This document shows, piece after piece, positions 1 to 7,380 of a stretch of DNA of 24,000 nt (within the stretch, counting starts at the first letter, position 1; each line of letters opens with the position of its first letter). The notes below the pieces were generated by a model that made no database searches, was not told the origin of the DNA, and saw only the letters and a list, made by a program, of their open reading frames with translations. Source of the DNA: Bacillota bacterium (GTDB taxonomy: Bacteria; Bacillota; Desulfotomaculia; Desulfotomaculales; Ammonificaceae); the NCBI GenBank assembly GCA_040758635.1, contig JBFLVI010000011.1, positions 1,717-25,716 of the forward strand, given 5' to 3'. The position numbers and the translations under genes were made by a program.

Positions 1-198
1 TACCACTACTCCGGGCGCAGCCACCGCAGGTGTACAGAAATAAAAGAAAAAGGCCTCCCCGGTGTGCGCCCGGTGAAAGTAAACACGTTCGAGCGCCTCC
101 AGGTCGCGCACCCCGAAGACCGCCAGCCCGTGGGTCCGGGCAGTTGCATACGCCCCGTTTAAATCTTCGGCCGAAACTGTACCGATGAGTATCGCCAC
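1..198 (-). CDS. hypothetical protein, N-terminal part (gene runs off left edge)
   Basis: Not in the ORF track. The minus-strand frame starts with GTG (198-196), 6 nt after a GGGAGGG Shine-Dalgarno. It is stop-free for all 66 codons to position 1 (VAILIGTVSAEDLNGAYATARTHGLAVFGVRDLEALERVYFHRAHTGEAFFFYFCTP...). No family recognised. Confidence 0.35.
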   Translation of the reverse strand, partial: MAILIGTVSAEDLNGAYATARTHGLAVFGVRDLEALERVYFHRAHTGEAFFFYFCTPAVAAPGVVV

Positions 199-347
199 CC
201 CATACCCTCCCGAAAAATAAGTATTCTTTCCGCCGGGGTTGCCGCAGGTGGCATAGGCTACTCTTAAACCAAGATGCCCTGCTTCCCGGCCGGGCAAAAC
301 CGCCGGCGCCCTACCGGTTCACAGTCCCGCCAACTTCCGGCCGGCGG

Positions 348-875
348 CTACAGTCCCAGCAAACCCCGCAACTCCGAAACCGTTCCCGCGAACGGCACGC
401 CGATTTCCCGGCACGCCCCGGCGGTGTCGTATTTGCCGCTGCCGCGAAAGCCGATCACGCGCACAGGAGAGCCCGCCACGGCTTGCAGGTTTTGCGGCTT
501 GTCGTCCACGAACGCCACGGCGGAAAGGTCGCCGATCCCGCACTCCCCGGCGAACTCCGTTACGCACTCTAACTTGCTTCTGTCCCGGGCGGAATAAATC
601 TTCCTGAAGCAGCGGCGCAGCTCCTCGCCCAGGTGCTCCGCCACGGTTTCCTCCCCGTACCTGCTCACTACGGCAAGCAGCCGCCCGCGGGCGTGCAATT
701 CCCTGATAAGTTCCCCGATGCCCGGTATGGGCCTCTTGTCCCGGTGGTCCACGATCACACCGCTGAAATCAAAACAGACCGCCAGGAGCCCGCCCCTTTC
801 CACCGGAACCACCACCCCCGGAAAGATTCTCGGATGCCGAGCGCCTGGACTTTCCTCCCCGAATTCTAACCGCAC
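348..875 (-). CDS. HAD-superfamily hydrolase-like protein
   Basis: 175-aa ORF. Motif I-like LLAVCFDFSGVIV (the second Asp is replaced by Ser), motif II VVS, motif IV AFVDDKPQN. GTG start at 875. Several in-frame GTGs closer to motif I (e.g. before VERGGLLAV) follow a GGGGGTGGTGG SD-like run, so the true start is uncertain. Confidence 0.65.
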   Translation of the reverse strand: MRLEFGEESPGARHPRIFPGVVVPVERGGLLAVCFDFSGVIVDHRDKRPIPGIGELIRELHARGRLLAVVSRYGEETVAEHLGEELRRCFRKIYSARDRSKLECVTEFAGECGIGDLSAVAFVDDKPQNLQAVAGSPVRVIGFRGSGKYDTAGACREIGVPFAGTVSELRGLLGL

Positions 876-1138
876 GGCCCCAAAATAATTCTCCGGAAGG
901 AAGCGATTTCCTCCTTAAAGTCAAACGAACAGGGTCCAAACAGACGCGCTACGGGCGGCGCGCCGGCATTTCCCGGAACAACCGCGCGTTCTGTACCGCC
1001 TGGCCGCGCGAGTCGTTGTTGAAGACGGTGACCCCGCGCCTCCCGAAGCGGTATACTAAGTTTGAACCGCCCGCTTTAGGGTATGTCTGTTTGTAACTCT
1101 TCCAGATCAAAGAAACTGGCAGGGGAGGCTGAAACCGC

Positions 1139-1825
1139 GTGAAAACGGCGGTCATCACCGGAGGGTCGAGGGGCATCGGCCGGGCCATCGCCTTTGAGCT
1201 GCTGCACCGGGGGATCACCCGCCTGGCCATCACCGCCAGGACGGCAGAAAAGCTGTCCGAGGCGAAGGAAGCCCTGGCGGCGGCCGGGGCCGAGGTGCTG
1301 GCTTTCCAGGCGGACGTGCGGGACCGTGAAACGATGGCGGCCGTGGTCGGGCAAACCATAAACGCCTTCGGCCGGATTGATGCCTGGGTCAACAACGCCG
1401 GGGTGGCCCGGCGGAAGCTGTTCCTCGAGACGAGCCCCGCGGAATGGGAAGAGATTATTGACGTCAACCTGAAGGGCGTTCTTGTCTGCACCGCCGCGGT
1501 CCTGCCCCATATGGTCGCAAACGGAAAGGGCGTCATTGTTAACATCGCTTCCGGCGCCGGAAAGGTGGGCTTCCCGGAGCTTTCCGTTTACTGCGCCTCC
1601 AAGTTCGGGGTGGTGGGCTTTACCGAGTCCCTCGCCAGAGAAGTGGGCGGCTCCGGCGTCAAGGTCTACGCCGTCTGCCCCGGGAGTACCGATACCAGGA
1701 TGTACCGCTCCCTCTACCCGGAAAGGGAACCGGCGGCCAAACCGGAGGAGGTGGCGCGGGTGGTGGGCCGGCTGGTTGCCGGCAGGCTGGCGGCGCCGCC
1801 GGGCCGCTGCGTCGAGGTTTACTGA
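1139..1825 (+). CDS. short-chain dehydrogenase/reductase (SDR) family oxidoreductase
   Basis: 228 aa. Cofactor motif TGGSRGIGRA, NNAG, catalytic S...YCASK (YxxxK). GTG start preceded by AGGGGAGG. Confidence 0.9.
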   Translation: MKTAVITGGSRGIGRAIAFELLHRGITRLAITARTAEKLSEAKEALAAAGAEVLAFQADVRDRETMAAVVGQTINAFGRIDAWVNNAGVARRKLFLETSPAEWEEIIDVNLKGVLVCTAAVLPHMVANGKGVIVNIASGAGKVGFPELSVYCASKFGVVGFTESLAREVGGSGVKVYAVCPGSTDTRMYRSLYPEREPAAKPEEVARVVGRLVAGRLAAPPGRCVEVY

Positions 1826-2335
1826 GTCACGGCGGTTTCAAGCAACGCGCTCCGCGGCAGACTGAATCGCGGAGGCGCTGAAGGTCTTCCCGGAACTGCA
1901 GCGAGGTCCCTGGCGGAGGAGCGGTACAGAACCCTTTTCGGCTTCTGCGTCCGGCCGGCCGGAGGGAACCCCTGCAACTTCTCCCGGAAAACCGGGTGGT
2001 TCAACCCGCGTTATCCGGCCGGAAGCTCACGATGTACTCCAGGATGGTCTTCGAACCGTCCTCCGGATGGTGCAGCAGCGAAACCACGCCGTAGAAAAAC
2101 TTGGTGGGAGAAGGTACCGGGCGGTCCTCTCCCACCGGTAGAGGAGGTCAAGAAGGCAGTGGGGGGAGCTGGGATCAGGTATACGGTTGTAAAGTTTTTT
2201 TCTCCCGCGATCAGGGCGCCCGTTCGAACGATCGCCGGGGGGCGTAGCGCCCCGATCGGGGAGAGTTACCTTATTATGGTAACAGTACATTTTACTCCCA
2301 GGAGGCAAAAAGTGTGCTTCCAGACAGAGCCGGGT

Positions 2336-2992
2336 TCATGCCAAAACCTTTTCGAATTCGTGCGCCCGCTCCGTCCCGGCCAGAGCCAGAATCTTGTCCC
2401 CGGCAGCGAGTACCGTCTCGCCCGACGGAATCATAACCCGGCCCTCCCGGAGCACCGCGACAATCAAAACCCCTCTGGGGATGTTCAGTTCTGCCAGGCG
2501 CTTCCCGACGGCGCCGGAGGCGGCGGAAAGCTCTTCCTCCACCAGGGAAACCTGGCCGCCTTCCAGCTTCAGCAGGGTGACGAGTTCCCCGAGGCTGAGC
2601 TCCTCCTGCAGCATCTGCGCGATGATCCGCGCCCCCGTCACCGCGAAATCCACGCCGCGCGCCCGCGTGAAAAGCCACTCGTTCTTCAGGTTGTTCACGG
2701 TAGCGATCACCCGCCCCACGCCGAACTGACGCCGCGCCAGCAGGGCGACACTCAGGTTGTCCACGTCGCTCCCCGTGGCAGCCACCACCACCTGGGCGCG
2801 GGTAACACCGGCGTCTTTCAGCACGCGGGGGTCGGTGCCGTCGCCGTAAACCGTTTTCACCGCAGGCAACTCCTTAAATTTTTCCAAAGCACCGGCATCC
2901 CGGTCAATGACCACCACCTCCTCCGCGTCGTTAACCAGGGCATAAGCGAGGTTGAACCCCACCTTGCCGCCGCCGACAATCAGCACGTACAC
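2336..2992 (-). CDS. TrkA/KtrA-family RCK protein (TrkA-N NAD-binding + TrkA-C)
   Basis: 218 aa. N-terminal Rossmann motif LIVGGGKVG. The C-terminal half has a typical TrkA-C pattern (GELVTLLKLEGGQVSLVEEEL...VLIVAVLREGRVMIPSGETVLAAGDKILAL). GTG start follows a GGGGGGAAG SD, 11 nt after the upstream RCK gene stop. Confidence 0.9.
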   Translation of the reverse strand: MYVLIVGGGKVGFNLAYALVNDAEEVVVIDRDAGALEKFKELPAVKTVYGDGTDPRVLKDAGVTRAQVVVAATGSDVDNLSVALLARRQFGVGRVIATVNNLKNEWLFTRARGVDFAVTGARIIAQMLQEELSLGELVTLLKLEGGQVSLVEEELSAASGAVGKRLAELNIPRGVLIVAVLREGRVMIPSGETVLAAGDKILALAGTERAHEFEKVLA

Positions 2993-3003
2993 CGGCTTCC
3001 CCC

Positions 3004-3648
3004 CTAATCGAGCAGACTTTCGAATTTGGGCGCGGCAAATTCCGCGACCGCCACCTGAACCAGATCGTGTTCCGCAAAGGCCGTTCCCATCAACGGGATG
3101 GAAGCCTTCCCGTTGCGGACCAGGGAAACCACACTGATCTCCCCGGGCACGGCCAGATCCCGGACCATCCGCCCCACCAGGCGGGGCGGCACCTCGAACT
3201 CGATCACCTTCACCTCGCCGTTTCCCGAGGTGAAGAGGGTGGTCAGCCGCTCGTGTGCCAGGAGTTCGTGAACCCGGTAGGCGCCCCAGGTCGTGGGGGC
3301 GATCACGGGAACGCCCAGGTGCCGGTATATTTCGGCCCGTACGGGGTCGATGATCCGCGCCACAACCTTGGCGACGAAAAACTCCTCCCGGGCCAGCGAC
3401 GCCACCACAAAGTTGGTGTTATCGTCGTTGGTCACCGCGGCCAGGCCGTCGGCCCGCGTCACCCCCGCCTCCAGGAGCGCTGCCCGGTCAAACCCCAAAC
3501 CCTCGACCTTCTTCCCCGGAAAACGCGGGCGGAGCCGGCGGAAGGCCAGCGGGTCCGGGTCGATCACCGCCACGGAAATCCGCTCGCGCGCCAGCGTCCC
3601 GGCGAGCTGGGCCCCCAGGGTTCCACAACCGACGATGATGACGTGCAC
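3004..3648 (-). CDS. TrkA/KtrA-family RCK protein (TrkA-N + TrkA-C), paralog of 2336-2992
   Basis: The track ORF extends to 3834 and would overlap the ATPase 3' end. The credible start is GTG at 3648, preceded by GGAAGGAGG, giving VHVIIVGCGTLGAQLAG (GxGxxG). The C-terminal TrkA-C-like region is EVKVIEFEVPPRLVGRMVRDL...VVSLVRNGKASIPLMGTAFAEHDLVQV. Confidence 0.85.
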   Translation of the reverse strand: MHVIIVGCGTLGAQLAGTLARERISVAVIDPDPLAFRRLRPRFPGKKVEGLGFDRAALLEAGVTRADGLAAVTNDDNTNFVVASLAREEFFVAKVVARIIDPVRAEIYRHLGVPVIAPTTWGAYRVHELLAHERLTTLFTSGNGEVKVIEFEVPPRLVGRMVRDLAVPGEISVVSLVRNGKASIPLMGTAFAEHDLVQVAVAEFAAPKFESLLD

Positions 3649-3722
3649 AGGCAAACCTCCTTCCCACAAAACCGCGCCTTCGCGCCGGCTGCACACCGGC
3701 TCCTGACAAACCGCCAGGGCGC

Positions 3723-6581
3723 TCAAGAACCGCAGCCGCCGTCCGCCCTTTGCTCCTTCCTCCGGCGGACCGCGAACTTCCGCAGTTCCTCCGCCGCCAG
3801 GATCGTGGCCCCGAAAACGAAGAGCAAGGCCCAATCCACGAGCCGCAGGGGCGCCGTGTTAAACAACCGCTGGAAAAACGGGACGTAGCTGATCGCGGCC
3901 ATGATAGCCAGCCCAACCGCCTCGCCCACGATCAGAAAGCGGTTGGAAAAAATGCCGACCCGGAAAACCGAACTGTTTTCGGTGCGGACCGCAAAGGCAT
4001 TGAAGACCTGGGAAACGACCACCGCCGCCTGGCTCATGGTGATCGCCTGCCGGTAGAGCGGATCGCCCGCCGGCAGCGGCGTTCCCCAGCGCCAGCCCCC
4101 GTCGAGCAAGACGAAGAGGAAGCCCGCCGTCACCCAGGCCCCCTGAATCCCTCCGAGAAAGAGGATGCGCTTTACCAGCGCCCGGTCAAAAAGGCGGCTT
4201 TCACGGGACCGGGGCGGCTGCTGCATCAGGCCGGGTTCCGGTCTTTCAATCCCGAGGGCCAGGGCGGGCAGGACGTCGGATCCCAGGTCAATGGCCAGGA
4301 TCTGCAGGGCGGTGAGCGGAATCAGGTGGACGCCGGCAACGGTGGCGAAGAGGAACGGCAGCAACTCGCCCATGTTGTGGGAAAAGAGGTAGAGGATGAA
4401 CTTCCTGATGTTGGCGTAAACGGCCCGCCCCTGTTCGATCGCCTGCACGATGGAGGCAAAGCTGTCGTCCAACAGGATCATCACGGCCGCCTCGCGAGCG
4501 ACGTCGGTACCGGTCCGGCCCATGGCAATGCCGATGTCGGCGCGCTTCAGGGCCGGTCCGTCGTTGACGCCGTCCCCGGTTACGGCCACAATCCGGCCCA
4601 GCTCCTGCAGGGCCGCGACGACCCGCATCTTGTACTCGGGCGTCACGCGGGCGAAAACGAGCGGCTCCTCCCGCGCCAGCAGCCCACGCAGCTCGTCCGC
4701 GTCCATGCCGGCGAGTTCCGCTCCCGTCAAGATGCGCGCCCGGGCGCCGCCCGTGATCGAGATTCTGGACGCAATCGCCTCGGCGGTCAAACCGTAGTCC
4801 CCGGTGATCATGATCAACCGGATCCCGGCGCCCTTGGCGCTCCGCACCGCCGCCGCCACCTCGGGCCGGGGCGGGTCCTGCATCCCGGCAAGGCCCAGGA
4901 AAACCAGCTCCCTTTCCACCTCTTCCGCCCGGTAGCCGCCGGGCTCCGGCGGCAACTCCCGGTAGGCGAAGGCCAGCACCCGCAACCCCTCCCGCGACAT
5001 CCGGTCGTTCTGGTGCAAGACTTCGCTTCTCTCCTCTTCGCCCAGCGGGTAAACGGCGCCGTCCCTGAGCACACCCGTGCAAAGGGCGACGACCTCCCGG
5101 GGAGCGCCCTTCACGTAAGCCGCCACCCGGCCGTTCCGGCGGTGTAGCGAGCTCATCCGCTTCCGGCGCGAGTCAAAAGGCAACAGATAAACGCGGGGCT
5201 CTTTGCGCAGCTTCTCCTCCCACGCGAAACCGGCCTTCCTGGCCAGAACCAGCAGCGCCCCTTCGGTCGGGTCCCCCAGGACGCTCCAGACCGGGTTTTC
5301 TTCCCCCGGCGGCAGGAGGCGCGCGGTGTTGCAAAAAGCCGCCGCCCGCAGGAAAAAATCCCACTGTCGCTTCTCCGCCGGCCCCAAGGGCGCTCCTTCT
5401 CCCCCGGCAGCCCCATCACGAGCTGCGCGCAGTTCCCCCGCCGGCTCGTAACCGGCCCCGGAGACGAGAACCCGTTCACCGGGCCGCCAGACCTCCCTGA
5501 CGGTCATTTCCCCTTTGGTGAGCGTTCCCGTCTTGTCGGTGCAGATGACGTTCGCCGAGCCCAGGGCTTCCACCGCGGAAAGCCTCTTGATAAGCGCGTT
5601 GCGCCTGGCCATGCGCTGAACGCCTACCGCCAGCGACACCGAAAGTGTCGCCGGCAGACCCTCGGGAACCATGGCAACCATCACTCCCAGGGCAAAAAGG
5701 AACCCCTCGATCCAGCCCAAGCCCAACAGCTTTCCCAGGCCGAAAAAGGTGACCCCGATCACGAGCGCCGCCCGGGCTACCAGCCGCGCCATGTTGCGGA
5801 CCTGTTTCTGCAGCGGGCTCGGTACGTCGGGCACCCCGGCCGTCAACTGAAAAATTTTGCCGAACTGGGTCCGCTCCCCCGTCGCGAACACGACGGCGAT
5901 TCCGGAGCCGGCAGCGACGGACGTCCCCATGAAAATTAGGTTGGGATACTCGATCCAGCTCAGCCCCTCTTCGAAAACCGCCGCCGCTGTTTTCGGCTGC
6001 GGGTCCGCCTCCCCCGTCAGGTTGGTGTTGTTCGTGGAAAGCTCAAAGGCCTGCACCAGGCGGGCGTCCGCCGGAATGTTGTCGCCCTCCTCGAGCACGA
6101 GAACGTCGCCCGGAACCAGCTCCGCCACGTCGAGCTCCACCTCCCGGCCGCCCCGGTACACCTTCGCCTTTACCGGAACCAGCTTGTTCAAAACCTCGGT
6201 CGCCCGTTCGGCCCGGAATTCCTGCACGAAACCCACCAGGGCGTTAAGAATCACCACGCCCAGGATGGCCAGCGAAAGGTTCCGGTCCCCGGGATTCCCT
6301 CCGAGCAGGTAGACGGTAAAGGTGATCCCCGAAGCCACCAGGAGCAGAACGGCGAAAAGGTCGATGAACTGGAGGAGGAAGCGCGCCAAGAGCGAACGCC
6401 GCCGCGCCCGGTGCACCCGGTTCCAGCCGTATCTCGCCCGCCGGTCCGCGACTGCGGCCTCCTCCAGGCCCCGGGAGGATGTTCCCAGGAAGTCGTAGAC
6501 CTCCAGGGGGCCCAACCGGGGGATTTCCGTCAAGTCTTCAGGCAGCAGCCTGTTGTCCGACAAAGCCGGTCCCTCTCCCAA
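3723..6581 (-). CDS. cation-transporting P-type ATPase, P2 type (Na,K-ATPase-like ion-site residues; specificity unknown)
   Basis: 952 aa. Cation_ATPase_N-like N-terminus, TGEA, MVPEGLPAT (TM4 PEGL), phosphorylation site ICTDKTGTLT, MITGD, TGDGVNDGPALKRADIGIAMG. TM5-like SHNMGE, TM6-like ILAIDLGSDVLPALALG. The track start is TTG at 6581. An in-frame TTG at 6563 sits 6 nt after GGGAGAGGGA and may be the real start. Confidence 0.95.
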   Translation of the reverse strand: MGEGPALSDNRLLPEDLTEIPRLGPLEVYDFLGTSSRGLEEAAVADRRARYGWNRVHRARRRSLLARFLLQFIDLFAVLLLVASGITFTVYLLGGNPGDRNLSLAILGVVILNALVGFVQEFRAERATEVLNKLVPVKAKVYRGGREVELDVAELVPGDVLVLEEGDNIPADARLVQAFELSTNNTNLTGEADPQPKTAAAVFEEGLSWIEYPNLIFMGTSVAAGSGIAVVFATGERTQFGKIFQLTAGVPDVPSPLQKQVRNMARLVARAALVIGVTFFGLGKLLGLGWIEGFLFALGVMVAMVPEGLPATLSVSLAVGVQRMARRNALIKRLSAVEALGSANVICTDKTGTLTKGEMTVREVWRPGERVLVSGAGYEPAGELRAARDGAAGGEGAPLGPAEKRQWDFFLRAAAFCNTARLLPPGEENPVWSVLGDPTEGALLVLARKAGFAWEEKLRKEPRVYLLPFDSRRKRMSSLHRRNGRVAAYVKGAPREVVALCTGVLRDGAVYPLGEEERSEVLHQNDRMSREGLRVLAFAYRELPPEPGGYRAEEVERELVFLGLAGMQDPPRPEVAAAVRSAKGAGIRLIMITGDYGLTAEAIASRISITGGARARILTGAELAGMDADELRGLLAREEPLVFARVTPEYKMRVVAALQELGRIVAVTGDGVNDGPALKRADIGIAMGRTGTDVAREAAVMILLDDSFASIVQAIEQGRAVYANIRKFILYLFSHNMGELLPFLFATVAGVHLIPLTALQILAIDLGSDVLPALALGIERPEPGLMQQPPRSRESRLFDRALVKRILFLGGIQGAWVTAGFLFVLLDGGWRWGTPLPAGDPLYRQAITMSQAAVVVSQVFNAFAVRTENSSVFRVGIFSNRFLIVGEAVGLAIMAAISYVPFFQRLFNTAPLRLVDWALLFVFGATILAAEELRKFAVRRRKEQRADGGCGS

Positions 6582-6739
6582 CGGTGCTCGAGCATGCGCC
6601 TATCGCGCCAGGAACTTGTTTTGCGGCAACCATTGGAAGTTTTCCCCGGCCTCCCGGCGAAAATTCATCTGCCACAGGCAAATAACCGCAAGCGGTCGTG
6701 GAAAGACGGGGTTCGGCGGACAGTGTGCCGGAATTACCG

Positions 6740-6774
6740 AAAAAAACAACCCTGCTCCAGGAGAAGCAGGGTTG
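6740..6774 (-). terminator. rho-independent terminator (minus strand) inside the ATPase leader
   Basis: Minus-strand sequence is CAACCCTGCT-TCTCCTGG-AGCAGGGTTG followed by TTTTTTT: a perfect 10-bp GC-rich stem, 8-nt loop and U7 tract. Confidence 0.75.
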
Positions 6775-6862
6775 GCGCTCTGGGTGCGGTTTTTCACCGC
6801 AGCCGGCGGCTGGCCGGCAAGGTTTCCTAAGGAGACCGCTGCAAAACTTCGCCTGGCTATTT

Positions 6863-6897
6863 CAGAAGTCAGAAGCCAGAAGTCGGAAGTCAGGAAA
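6863..6897. repeat. five tandem 7-nt units (plus strand CAGAAGT CAGAAGC CAGAAGT CGGAAGT CAGGAAA)
   Basis: Read directly. On the minus-strand RNA the equivalent run, offset by one nucleotide (about 6862-6896), is CUGACUU CCGACUU CUGGCUU CUGACUU CUGAAAU, i.e. a CUG/CCG triplet every 7 nt, five times. Confidence 0.8.
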
Positions 6898-7067
6898 TTC
6901 AAGGGAAATTTGCATAGCGAATTTCTGCGAAGATTCCGACCTCTGACATCCTGCATCCGACATCTGTTTTCGCCATGCTCGTTTTTCGCGGCCTCCAGGC
7001 TTTCTGCCAAAGTTTGCCATCTGTGAGTAGATAGGGCCTGCTTTCAAGAGAGTTTTGCAACACTCTC

Positions 7068-7160
7068 CTAAAACCTGAAGCCCGGCAAGAAAACCACGAA
7101 CGCAAGGAGAATTAGCAGCAAGATAAGCCAGATGGATGTAGTTCCGTCGTAATGCGGCAT
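7068..7160 (-). CDS. candidate 30-aa hydrophobic small membrane peptide
   Basis: Not in the track (too short). ATG at 7160 lies 7 nt after GGGAGGG. Translation is MPHYDGTTSIWLILLLILLAFVVFLPGFRF, ending at TAG 7070-7068: one predicted TM helix. A hairpin (GAGAGU-N8-ACUCUC) follows the stop. A candidate promoter, TTTACA-16-TAAAAG, lies on the minus strand at 7217-7190. Confidence 0.4.
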   Translation of the reverse strand: MPHYDGTTSIWLILLLILLAFVVFLPGFRF

Positions 7161-7317
7161 GCTTTATCCCTCCCTTTCCGGTTCCGGTACTTTTATTTAC
7201 CAAATATATTCTGTAAAGCCAGAAAGTGTGAGAAAAGGATTTCCGGACAATACAAGGCACAAATCTCTTTGGGTGATAACATATATTACCATAAAAAATA
7301 AGGAGGGGGGTCCCGAA

Positions 7318-7380
7318 ATGCCACACGTTAACGACTACTCCGGCCGCACCAGTCTTGACCTCCGCCACCGCCGCGATTAA
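7318..7380 (+). CDS. candidate 20-aa small ORF with near-consensus SD
   Basis: AAGGAGGGGGG (7300-7310) is followed by 7 nt and then ATG. Translation is MPHVNDYSGRTSLDLRHRRD, stop TAA. It is divergent from the 30-aa ORF across a 157-bp AT-rich spacer. There is no evidence beyond the SD and ORF. Confidence 0.3.
   Translation: MPHVNDYSGRTSLDLRHRRD

Larger units (their letters stand above)
6582..7067 (-). promoter_or_regulatory. long structured leader/intergenic RNA region upstream of the P-type ATPase (candidate attenuator or riboswitch, class unknown)
   Basis: About 490 nt with no credible ORF. Contains a 14-bp helix that is fully paired only in minus-strand RNA, five phased heptamers, GC hairpins (GCGGU-GAAAA-ACCGC) and a perfect intrinsic terminator about 160 nt before the ATPase start. 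Confidence 0.4.

Noticed and set aside
2001-2135. 44-aa minus-strand ORF (VGEDRPVPSPTKFFYGVVSLLHHPEDGSKTILEYIVSFRPDNAG) downstream of the RCK genes; also track ORFs 1819-2004 and 2027-2308.
   Set aside because: The 44-aa frame looks mildly protein-like, but it has no SD (the upstream sequence is pyrimidine-rich CCTCCTC) and no recognisable family. The region is full of palindromes (GTTACC-N7-GGTAAC, CCCCGATCGGGG, CGTTCGAACG) that more likely form the 3' end of the RCK operon. It could be a gene remnant, but that is too weak to call.
3750-5147. 465-aa plus-strand ORF, plus many other long ORFs (e.g. 4288-5082, 9203-10459, 10580-11428, 13876-14451, 14854-15579, 16925-17542, 17784-18392, 22541-23008).
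   Set aside because: All lie antisense to, or out of frame within, genes with clear family motifs. Their products are Arg/Pro/Gly/His-rich low-complexity strings typical of shadow ORFs in high-GC DNA, and none has an SD-preceded start.
6775-6810. Partial resemblance of minus-strand ACCGCACCCAGAGCGCCAAC to the conserved 3' block of c-di-AMP (ydaO) riboswitches (…CGCACCCGACAGCUAAC…).
   Set aside because: The other conserved blocks I recall for that class (ACGGxGGAACC-like, GGGGUnAAUC, GUAGGGxxACC) are not visible, and I cannot run a covariance model. It is kept only as something to test, not as a call. No M-box signature (GUUAGGUGAGGCU…) was seen either.
6863-6897. Tandem short repeats considered as a CRISPR or minisatellite.
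   Set aside because: The units are 7 nt with no spacers, total length is 35 nt, and there are no cas genes. It is not a CRISPR array.
7068-7160. Calling the 30-aa peptide KdpF.
   Set aside because: Size and hydrophobicity fit, but there is no kdpABC and the adjacent pump is P2-type, not KdpB (P1A). The sequence similarity to KdpF that I can recall is negligible. Left as an unnamed candidate.
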